Shown here piece after piece: positions 8,836 through 15,849 of a stretch of 15,849 nt of DNA. A program made the position numbers and the translations under genes. The notes beneath the pieces are model-generated. The model searched no databases and was not told where the DNA came from. It worked only from the letters and a program-made list of their open reading frames with translations. Source of the stretch: Acidilobaceae archaeon (GTDB lineage Archaea; Thermoproteota; Thermoprotei_A; Sulfolobales; Acidilobaceae); the NCBI GenBank assembly GCA_038824665.1, contig JAWBBK010000003.1:108031-123879 (forward strand), in the 5' to 3' direction. Position 1 is the first letter of the stretch. Every line of letters begins with the position of its first letter.

Positions 8836-9336
8836 TTACAGTCTCGACTTCAGGCAGTAAGATAACTCCTCAATAACCTTTCGAACTTCTTCACTCATCT
8901 CAAGAGATAATCCGAGGCTGGCAGCATTAATCGCTACAATTTTGATCTCTATATTGGGAAGTACTTCTTCAAGTTTTCTCAATAGAAAGCTTTGAGGTAA
9001 ACTATGTGAGGAAATGAAGAGACTCTGGTCTTTGAGGTCTTCTAGGCTTAGCTCTAATATGCTGCCTGGTTCTCGCTCTGGAAGGAGAGAGACATCACAG
9101 ATTACCAGCTTTTTAACTTCGCGTAAACGTAACAAGCTAGCTAAAGGGCAGACTTCTAGACCGTGTTCACAGATCTCAATATTGTTCTGGGCTATATCTA
9201 GGAGGGATTCGCAGAGGACAACACATGCAGCGTCATCGCTTCTAAGTCTAGAGCCTATGCACACTAAGACTTCTGTAGGCTCTCTAAGAGCTGAGAACAG
9301 AGTATCGCAAGCCTCTTTTATGGTAATGGCTTTCAA
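8836..9336 (-). CDS. Hydrogenase maturation protease (HycI/HyaD family)
   Basis: CIGS-LRSDDA, LVICD, PGSI, ISSHSLP (STH motif), MSEEV. Confidence 0.85.
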   Translation of the reverse strand: MKAITIKEACDTLFSALREPTEVLVCIGSRLRSDDAACVVLCESLLDIAQNNIEICEHGLEVCPLASLLRLREVKKLVICDVSLLPEREPGSILELSLEDLKDQSLFISSHSLPQSFLLRKLEEVLPNIEIKIVAINAASLGLSLEMSEEVRKVIEELSYCLKSRL

Positions 9337-9428
9337 AAGCCAGCCCTCTCATTCAAAGCTGGTCTGACATCAGATACGCTTTAAAGGTCTTATGGCTATA
9401 GCTTAAGGATCTTCTTGGGCTTAGAGCA

Positions 9429-10214
9429 TTGAGAGGAAGATGGCATATACCGAGAGGTCATCCTAGATACGAGTCTTTGATCAGGAGAGAAGCTCTCGTA
9501 GAGGCTATGGAGCAAGGTATAGTTGTGCCTCAAGGTCTTATAGCTCACGGTCGTGGGGAAGCATTTGATTACCTGCTTGGAGAGACAACTCATCCATTCG
9601 CTCTTGAGGCTGAACGAGTAGCTGTAGCTTCAATGTTGCTCGCCTCGAAGCCCGTGATCTCTGTAAACGGAAACTATGCAGCGCTGGCTAAGAAAGAAAT
9701 AGCGGAACTAGCCAAAGAGACAGGGGCTCTGGTCGAGATCAACTTGTTCTACAGAACGGAAGAAAGGGTGGTTCTCATAGAGAAAGTCCTGAGAGAAGCA
9801 GGCGTAGAGAAAGTCTTAGGAACGGACTGCGAGAAAGAACGAGTTCCTGGATTAGAAAGCCCTCGAGGCATAGTCTGCAGGGATGGTATATACTCTGCTG
9901 ACTTCGTTCTTCTAGCTATAGAAGACGGTGACAGGACTATGGCTATCAGGAGGATGGGCAAAAAGGTGGCGGCTATAGACCTAAATCCGTTCAGCAGAAC
10001 AGCGCAGTCTGCAGACATCACTATAGTTGACGAGGCGGTCAGAGCGACAAAGAACATGACGACCATAGCTCGAGAACTCAAGGAAAAAAGTAGAGAAGAG
10101 CTAGAGGTTATGGTTCATAACTATGACAACAAGCGGACTTTAAGCCAGGCGTTCAAAACCATTCTAGACAGGCTTCAACACGCAGTAGAGAAAGGGACGA
10201 TAATAGAACTCTAA
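9429..10214 (+). CDS. 4-phosphopantoate--beta-alanine ligase (archaeal phosphopantothenate synthetase, PPS)
   Basis: IP-HPRYESL-RE, GLIAHGRGEAFDYLLGE, PVISVNGN, NLFYRTEER, EDGDRT, IDLNPFSRTA. TTG start about 22 nt after CTTAAG. Confidence 0.95.
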   Translation: MRGRWHIPRGHPRYESLIRREALVEAMEQGIVVPQGLIAHGRGEAFDYLLGETTHPFALEAERVAVASMLLASKPVISVNGNYAALAKKEIAELAKETGALVEINLFYRTEERVVLIEKVLREAGVEKVLGTDCEKERVPGLESPRGIVCRDGIYSADFVLLAIEDGDRTMAIRRMGKKVAAIDLNPFSRTAQSADITIVDEAVRATKNMTTIARELKEKSREELEVMVHNYDNKRTLSQAFKTILDRLQHAVEKGTIIEL

Positions 10215-10249
10215 TGTCTCTGGAGCCCTTCTTAGCTTTACTTCAAAAA

Positions 10250-10311
10250 GGCTCAGCCCTGCGCGGGCACATCACATTATTGTTCAGCCCTTTCGAGCTA
10301 CTTCACAGCCC
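10250..10311 (-). ncRNA. Box C/D 2'-O-methylation guide sRNA
   Basis: Minus strand reads GGGCT-GTGAAGT(C)-AGCTCGAAAGGG-CTGA(D')-ACAATAAT-GTGATGT(C')-GCCCGCGCAGGG-CTGA(D)-GCC-TTTTT. It has two 12-nt guides, a terminal GGC/GCC stem, a T-tract at the 3' end, and CTTAAA about 40 nt upstream. Confidence 0.8.
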
Positions 10312-10480
10312 TGAGAGAGTAGCCCAGCATCTGGCGGAGAACTCGTAGCCTTTAAGCTCTCTGAAACAAAAACCTGATGGGATCTGAGTCTGGGAGATAG
10401 CAGTTTAATTAGGTTTGATGTAGTAACGTTTAGTCTGATAGCCCTAATCTCAGAGTGTGAAGTGGAGGCAAGAGAAGACG

Positions 10481-11167
10481 ATGACTGAAATAAGTTTAAA
10501 GACTTTAAGCTCACTTATCTCGACTTATGGGTTAGTTGGTCTTTTTGTAGTCATATTTTTCGTTAATCTAGTTCCTGTGCCCGGCCTTTCCTTCGCTATT
10601 AGCACCAGTTATTTCGTTCTTGCATCTTCAGGTTCTTCGCTATCACCATCTATAATCTTAGGGCCTTTAGTCATAGGGAGTGCTGCTACAACGGCCAAGT
10701 TCATAATCTTTAGCACCTCTCGAAGCGTTAGTCAAAGGTTTTCTTCGGTTAAAAGGAAAAGAAAGGAGTTAGCCAAAGTTCTTCAAGGCAAAGAATATAT
10801 AATTATTATAGTGACCATAATCACAGCTCTGACTCCTCTTCCAGATGATGCCTGGTACATTCCGCTAGGGGCTTCAGGCTTCAGTTCAAAGCTTTTCATA
10901 TTCTCGGTTTTTGTAGGAAAGACTCTTCAGGCTTTTATAACCTTAGTGGTGGGAGTGTTTTTGGGTACCTCCCTCTCCCAATTGGTCAGCGGTGGCTCAA
11001 TAGATTTATGGAGAGTGTTTTTGGGTACAGTTTCCACAGTGGCTCTGGCCATGATGATCACTTATGTAGCAATGAAGATTGATTGGATTAGGTTTACAGT
11101 TGTTTACGCTAAAAAGGGACTGGTGGAGGCAGTGAAAGACGCTTTTTGTCAGCTGATCAAGGTCTAG
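10481..11167 (+). CDS. VTT/SNARE-associated (DedA superfamily) membrane protein
   Basis: YGLVGLF-NLVP-P, ALTPLPDD-YIPLG-F-F-GK, several hydrophobic helices. ATG at 10481 is preferred over GTG at 10457. Confidence 0.8.
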   Translation: MTEISLKTLSSLISTYGLVGLFVVIFFVNLVPVPGLSFAISTSYFVLASSGSSLSPSIILGPLVIGSAATTAKFIIFSTSRSVSQRFSSVKRKRKELAKVLQGKEYIIIIVTIITALTPLPDDAWYIPLGASGFSSKLFIFSVFVGKTLQAFITLVVGVFLGTSLSQLVSGGSIDLWRVFLGTVSTVALAMMITYVAMKIDWIRFTVVYAKKGLVEAVKDAFCQLIKV

Positions 11168-11380
11168 ACTAGAGAGGATAGACCAGAGGTAGCATTGATT
11201 AGATTAAGTAGTCCCATCTCTTCATGTTAGCGTTTCTCAAAGATGCTTAAAGACTTCAAACATCTCATCCTGACATCTCTTTGAAGAGAGTTTAGTCCTT
11301 GTTTTATATAAATTCAGTGGGTTGCAAGTTTCTCTATCAAACGATACAAAGAGCTGCGAAATTCGAGAGGTTTGTAACGG

Positions 11381-12301
11381 CTATAGAGCGACGGCCAGAG
11401 AGACCACTATAGCGGCTTTATAGACTAAGAACGCATCATGATTTATAGCCAGGAGTCTTTTGAGTTTCTCCGGCTTTATGGGGTTGTTCTCTCTCAAGCT
11501 GAATCCGCTGATGAAAACTACAACAACAGGGAACAAGGCCGAGAGTGACAGCGGAGGTAGATGTCCTAAAAAGACGCTTAGACATAGAAAAACAGCTAGT
11601 AAAAAGACCATTAAGAGATAGCAGATCCAGAAGCGTTCTCCAAGCAGTGCTGAAAGGGTTTTCCTTCCTCCCTGTCTATCGTAGGGGGCTCGTGGGACCT
11701 TATGAACAGAATAAGCTATGTGAGCGGTAGAGAGGGCCAAGGCTGGGAGAAAAGCATACAGTTCGATGTCTTGACTTATAACATAGTAGGAGCCGAGAAA
11801 CGCTAGAAAGTCTTTAGCCAATAGAGCCGCCTCTCCCAACACCAGCGTTAGGAGGTAATGGTAGCCAAGTATAACCAAAGCTCCGATTAGAGCGAAGAGT
11901 AAAACTAAAGGTCCTCTCTCGAGAGTTAGATACACACCTATAATCAGCGCACCTATAAATGCCATTAGACCTACAGTTAAGGCTTCTTTGAGGCTAACTT
12001 TGCCTTCCAAGACCGGATTGTATCCGAAAGAAGTCAAGACCTCTCTTGGCAGGGCTCTGTTGCGGTCTTCTGCTGTGTCAAAATAGTCGTCGAGAGCATG
12101 CATAGCTATGTGGGCTAGTATGGTTCCAAGGATTAAAAACGCAAAGAGAGCTGAGAAGTTGGGATCTACGCTTCCACTGACGTAGATAGCGTAAAGAGCT
12201 CCAGCTGATGCAGTTAGAGCTGTAGAGAGCAGGAACTTGACTCTAAACACTGCCAAATAGCCGGAGGCCACTCTGAAAATCCGCGTAAAAGTGACTTCCA
12301 C
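11381..12301 (-). CDS. UbiA-superfamily prenyltransferase, MenA-like
   Basis: About 9 hydrophobic helices, HALDDYFD (NxxNDYxD-like), LGE, YDRQGGRKTL (DxxxGKxTL). Confidence 0.8.
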   Translation of the reverse strand: MEVTFTRIFRVASGYLAVFRVKFLLSTALTASAGALYAIYVSGSVDPNFSALFAFLILGTILAHIAMHALDDYFDTAEDRNRALPREVLTSFGYNPVLEGKVSLKEALTVGLMAFIGALIIGVYLTLERGPLVLLFALIGALVILGYHYLLTLVLGEAALLAKDFLAFLGSYYVISQDIELYAFLPALALSTAHIAYSVHKVPRAPYDRQGGRKTLSALLGERFWICYLLMVFLLAVFLCLSVFLGHLPPLSLSALFPVVVVFISGFSLRENNPIKPEKLKRLLAINHDAFLVYKAAIVVSLAVAL

Positions 12302-12549
12302 TAAAGACCACCTCTAGTTATCTTCACTAAATACGCCTGATCAAGCTTTTGGGTCTCTATAACTCTAAACTCACCTCTTTTCTCCAATACGAAAAGAAGA
12401 GTTTCTAGAGGTAGGTAGCCCTCTTCAGCCCACACTTCAAGCACGCTTTCTTCATCTAGCGACGCCAGAACCTTAGACAGTTCAGCAATAGGAGTGGTAT
12501 CGCAAGACTTCCACTGCTCTCTCGTGATATTTACCTTAATCAACTTCAA
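12301..12549 (-). CDS. TusA/SirA-like small protein (putative sulfur carrier)
   Basis: Strand-CDTTP-helix-LDEESVLEVWA...RVIE...YLVKITR resembles the TusA pattern (CPxP...GxxLxV...YxxxIxK). TTG at 12549 follows GGGGAG; the ORF extends to 12594. Confidence 0.55.
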   Translation of the reverse strand: MKLIKVNITREQWKSCDTTPIAELSKVLASLDEESVLEVWAEEGYLPLETLLFVLEKRGEFRVIETQKLDQAYLVKITRGGL

Positions 12550-12571
12550 AGATGCTCCCCCGAGACTTTCT

Positions 12572-13396
12572 CTATATATAAAAGACGTCTTCATAATTAG
12601 GCATCTTCTCGATATACCCTCTCCTCAAAGTCCACTTACTTATGTCTTCAAAAAGGCTTCTAGGAAAGGAGGTTCTGACGTAGTCTTCTCTAAAAAGCAG
12701 GTCAAATACTTTTAAGCTTAACGCCTCCGCTGGCAAAGTGGTCTCTTCAGCTAAGATCTTGAAGAACCTATCTGGGCTTTCTTTCAGACGTTTTAGAGCT
12801 TCTTTAACGGACTTCATAAAAGCTTCAGCTACTTCATCCGATAAGACGTCTACAGAAAAAACGTCCATACAACACTCAGTAAACTTTTTAGCTATGAGGG
12901 AAGCTCCTCGACTTAAAGCTATTGTAGCCCAAGGCTCAGGTAGAACAGCAGCGTCAACCCCTCTTTCAATTAATAGTTTAAATCTCTCAGGGATCTTCTG
13001 GACGTCTACGAATCTATAGGTTGAGGGGTCCAGACCTAGCTCTCTCTGGAGGAGGTCATGTGCGCTCCACTCCGTAACGGTCTTCATAGAGACAGCTATG
13101 CTTTTAACGTCTCTCACTTTCACAGCTGGAGCAGCTACGAGGCTAAACTCAACAAGATAATGAGTTAACGCTTTAGCTTTGTAACCCAGTGAGGCGATTA
13201 TAATTGTGGTCACGGTATCGGATTCCATAGCGTTTAGCTCTCCACTTAAAAAAGCTTTGTTTTTCTCTGCTGCCGATTGAAATTTCACCAACTCTAACCT
13301 TAAACCGTTTTTCTCAAAAAGCCCCTCTCTATGAGCTATATGTATTGGGAGAGAGGTTAGTACAGGTAAGCTTCCATAGACTATGTTTGTCATCAT
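12572..13396 (-). CDS. Periplasmic-binding-protein type 2 fold protein (SsuA/THI5/NlpA-like) with no signal or anchor
   Basis: G-LP-LPIHIA-GLFEKNGL-LELVKFQSA, IAVS-TVTEW, IPERF-L-G-VDAAVLPEPWAT. The start is ATG 13396 or 13393, or GTG 13405. Confidence 0.8.
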   Translation of the reverse strand: MMTNIVYGSLPVLTSLPIHIAHREGLFEKNGLRLELVKFQSAAEKNKAFLSGELNAMESDTVTTIIIASLGYKAKALTHYLVEFSLVAAPAVKVRDVKSIAVSMKTVTEWSAHDLLQRELGLDPSTYRFVDVQKIPERFKLLIERGVDAAVLPEPWATIALSRGASLIAKKFTECCMDVFSVDVLSDEVAEAFMKSVKEALKRLKESPDRFFKILAEETTLPAEALSLKVFDLLFREDYVRTSFPRSLFEDISKWTLRRGYIEKMPNYEDVFYI

Positions 13397-13529
13397 AATG
13401 TTCACGCTCTATTCAAATCCTTACAAGACCTAATATCTATTGCTGGCTTTATTTTTTCCTTAGATCTAAATGATTGAAATAATACAAAAGTATACCGTGG
13501 GAGTCTGAATCGCTGACTGTATTGTGGCT

Positions 13530-13566
13530 GATATGTAATGATATGTAATGTAATCGATATGTGATG
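13530..13566 (+). repeat. Tandem 10-bp direct repeats GATATGTAAT x2 plus a degenerate third copy GATATGTGAT
   Basis: Copies at 13530-13539, 13540-13549 and 13556-13565, inside an AT-rich divergent intergenic region. Confidence 0.7.
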
Positions 13567-13756
13567 GGGCGAAGCTAGCAATCCCATTAAGATCTTGAGG
13601 CGAAATGTTATTTGGATGCTTTGAGAAGTGTAGACCTTACAAAAACGAGGCTACAAAATCGAGAAGGTATGTTTTTGGTCGCTCTATATGTTCTAGTGGA
13701 ATCAGTAGGGCCCTGAACCCCAAAGCTAGAGAATTAGAAGCTGGAGATAACTTTAC

Positions 13757-14440
13757 ATGAGGGAACGGACTCTGGACCTTAAAGACAAATTGAGGCTGTT
13801 TCTAGCCGAATATGGGGAGAGGGGCTACGCGGTTCTCAAAGCAGTGTTAGATGAAGCCAAGAGTTCTAAGCTTAAAGTGCGCTTAGGAGACGTCAGTGCT
13901 CGAGGAGTTAGAGAAAGGCTTAAGCTGAACGGCATAGAATACAACCCTATACCTTTGCTTACGAAATTAGAGAAGGAAGTAGGGCTTCTCGAAACCAGCT
14001 ATAAGTCTAGTTCTCAACGATGGTGGAAGGTCTTTGGTCTTGAAGTTCTCGAGGAAGTTCTTAAAGAATACGTAGGAGAAGAACAACTTCAGTTTGATGT
14101 TTCTGAGTCTATGGAAGCTAGAGTTTTCAGACTCCAGCTAGAGTTAGTGGGTTTGCGAGACCTGGCCCGCAGGGTATCTATTATTACAAACAAAGGAAAG
14201 CTCAGCTCTTCCGATTGGTCTGTCCTTAGGAAGATAGTTTTGGAAGACCTTCCTGCTCTCATCAAGATCAAAAAAGATATAGAGAGTTCCATGTTGACCG
14301 AAGAGTTTCAAGAAGAGCTGAACTTAATAGAGAGCTTAATAGCGACTATTGAGTCAGTCGTCAGGAGAGAGAGACAACGGACGAGAGGACTTGAACAAAG
14401 CCTCGCATATGCTCGCGAGCTTGAGCAAGAGGAGCATTAA
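13757..14440 (+). CDS. Hypothetical protein (winged-helix-like N-terminus, helical/coiled C-terminus)
   Basis: 227-aa ORF with GGAG upstream. YGERGYAVLKA, LGD, YNP-LL-LEKE-G-ETSYKSS-Q-WW resembles a crenarchaeal conserved family (from recall, unverified). Confidence 0.8.
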   Translation: MRERTLDLKDKLRLFLAEYGERGYAVLKAVLDEAKSSKLKVRLGDVSARGVRERLKLNGIEYNPIPLLTKLEKEVGLLETSYKSSSQRWWKVFGLEVLEEVLKEYVGEEQLQFDVSESMEARVFRLQLELVGLRDLARRVSIITNKGKLSSSDWSVLRKIVLEDLPALIKIKKDIESSMLTEEFQEELNLIESLIATIESVVRRERQRTRGLEQSLAYARELEQEEH

Positions 14441-14468
14441 ATACTCCCCAACTTAAAATATCTCAGAC

Positions 14469-14557
14469 GGAGCCCGCGGCTTCCCGGCGGCGGCGCTGGG
14501 GGTACTCGGGGCAGAGCCCCGTGGATGAGCCTAAGGCCTCCAGCCGCGGGCACAACT
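14469..14557 (+). ncRNA. Candidate single-hairpin box H/ACA pseudouridylation guide RNA
   Basis: GC-rich island. 10-bp basal stem GCCCGCGGCT(14472-81)/AGCCGCGGGC(14542-51) followed directly by ACA (14552-54). Apical hairpin CGGGGC/GCCCCG with a K-turn-like GGATGA. TATA box ATTAAATA at 14436-14443. Confidence 0.7.
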
Positions 14558-14647
14558 AAATTCATCGTGACGTTAATTGATTTGATCGAAGAATCTTCTC
14601 TTTAAGAGTCGGAGCGCTTCAGTTACGTCTGTTTCCGTGAGACTGAC

Positions 14648-14663
14648 TAAGAAACTATATAAA
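14648..14663 (+). promoter_or_regulatory. rRNA operon promoter (BRE + TATA)
   Basis: TAAGAAAC-TATATAAA about 200 nt upstream of 16S, just before the structured leader. Confidence 0.7.
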
Positions 14664-14694
14664 GCTCTCCCTTGATAGAGAAAGGTGGCACCTC

Positions 14695-14866
14695 CCCCCT
14701 TCCCCCAAAGGGGGAAGGGGGATCTTAAGCTCAGGATGAGAGTCCGAGTGACCCTGGGATACCTATCCCAGGAAGGCTCGGACTCAATAAAATGGTAGCT
14801 CCGGACTCCAGGAGCTGGTGTAGAGGTGGCTAGAGCCATATCTCTCTTGACGGCCTTTGCGGCCGT
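14695..14866 (+). other. Structured 5' external transcribed spacer of pre-rRNA
   Basis: Hairpins CCCCCTTCCCCC-AAA-GGGGGAAGGGGG (14695-14721), GAGTCCGAGT...GCTCGGACTC with an inner CCTGGGATA/TATCCCAGG (14740-14785), and ACGGCC/GGCCGT just before 16S. Confidence 0.7.
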
Positions 14867-15156
14867 AACTCCGGTTGATCCTGCCGGACCCGACCGCTAT
14901 CGGGGTAGGGCTAAGCCATGGGAGTCGAACGTCCCGCCGCCGCGGGACGTGGCGCACGGCTGAGTAACACGTGGCTAACCTACCCTCGGGAGGGGGATAA
15001 CCTCTCGGGAAACTGGGGCTAATCCCCCATAGGTGGGGAGGCCTGGAAGGGTTCCCCACCGAAAGGGGGTACGGAGGGTTATCGTCCGTACCCCGCCCGA
15101 GGATGGGGCTGCGGCCCATCAGGTAGTTGGCGGGGTAACGGCCCGCCAAGCCGAAG

Positions 15157-15189
<33 letters not shown>

Positions 15190-15203
15190 ATGGGCCCTGA
15201 GAT

Positions 15204-15240
<37 letters not shown>

Positions 15241-15249
15241 ACTCCGCAA

Positions 15250-15294
15250 ATGGGGGCTGGGAAATCATAACTTAGAGTCCCACCCTCAGCGGAA
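15250..15294 (+). other. 45-nt archaeal BHB-type intron in 16S after E. coli position 374
   Basis: Removing it restores CTCCGCAA|TGCGGGAAACCG. Central helix CCGC/GCGG with 3-nt bulges AAA and AAT. Inner stem TGGGGG-C-TGGGA/TCCCA-CCCTCA. Confidence 0.9.
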
Positions 15295-15616
15295 TGCGGG
15301 AAACCGTGACGGGGCTACCCCGAGTGCCCCCGTAAGGGGGCTTTTCCCCGCTGTAAGAAGGCGGGGGCAATAAGCGGGGGGCAAGTCCGGTGTCAGCCGC
15401 CGCGGTAATACCGGCCCCGCGAGTGGTCGGGGTGCTTACTGGGCCTAAAGCGCCCGTAGCCGGCCCGGTAAGTCCCCCCTAAAAGCCTCGGGCTCAACCC
15501 GAGGATTGGGGGGGATACTGCTGGGCTAGGGGGCGGGAGAGGCCGAGGGTACTCCCGGGGTAGGGGCGAAATCCGATAATCCCGGGAGGACCACCAGTGG
15601 CGAAGGCGCTCGGCTG

Positions 15617-15718
<102 letters not shown>

Positions 15719-15849
15719 AGTCCCGGCTGTAAACGATGCGGGCTAGGCGTCGGGTGGGCGAGAGAGCCCACCCGGTGCCGCAGGGAAGCCGTTAAGCCCG
15801 CCGCCTGGGGAGTACGGCCGCAAGGCTGAAACTTAAAGGAATTGGCGGG

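Noticed and set aside
10415-10488. Possible second C/D sRNA on the plus strand (TTGATGT-13 nt-CTGA ... GTGAAGT ... CTGA)
   Set aside because: The D'-C' linker and second spacer are too long, there is no terminal stem, the guide is AT-rich with no recognisable target, and it overlaps the CDS start.
10284-10514. 76-aa minus-strand ORF
   Set aside because: It overlaps the C/D sRNA and the VTT gene start and has no protein-like features.
11168-11380. 213-bp gap between convergent genes containing TTTTATATAAA
   Set aside because: I found no convincing ORF, box motif set or GC-rich structure. An antisense promoter cannot be supported from sequence alone.
13402-13587. 61-aa minus-strand ORF
   Set aside because: It runs through the AT-rich repeat and promoter region with atypical composition.
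527-14292. Short antisense or overlapping ORFs (527-736, 749-943, 2786-3016, 3254-3466, 4253-4624, 5119-5832, 9014-9367, 9396-9593, 9749-10081, 11545-11730, 12494-12715, 12738-13019, 14089-14292)
   Set aside because: They are shadows of well-supported genes on the opposite strand, mostly Ser/Thr/Leu-rich, with no recognisable motifs.
15250-15270. Mini-ORF ATG GGG GCT GGG AAA TCA TAA in intron 1 as a homing endonuclease relic
   Set aside because: Six codons with no LAGLIDADG motif cannot be distinguished from chance.

Overview
Core-genome window from a hyperthermophilic crenarchaeon (Thermoproteota; the Aeropyrum-type CysO and the 16S sequence suggest Desulfurococcales or relatives). Proteins: 5' part of a group 4 [NiFe]-hydrogenase small subunit, a UbiE/MenG methyltransferase, GlyA, an SDR, archaeal CoA genes (pantoate kinase, CoaBC, phosphopantothenate synthetase), a rimI-prx-cysO run, a hydrogenase maturation protease, a VTT/DedA membrane protein, and an SBP-fold/TusA-like/MenA-like operon. 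RNA genes: tRNA-Leu(TAA) and the 5' part of a 16S rRNA gene. The most notable signals are outside the ORF track. (1) Two short ORF-less bulge-helix-bulge introns in the 16S gene: 45 nt after E. coli 374, and 42 nt with a predicted splice site at 801/802. (2) A box C/D guide RNA (about 10250-10311, minus strand) with one guide that fits wobble U34 of tRNA-Glu(UUC). (3) An H/ACA-like RNA just upstream of the rRNA promoter. (4) A peroxiredoxin whose peroxidatic Cys is replaced by Ser, overlapping cysO. (5) A prenyltransferase operon with a putative sulfur carrier. All family assignments come from motif recognition by eye; no searches were run.
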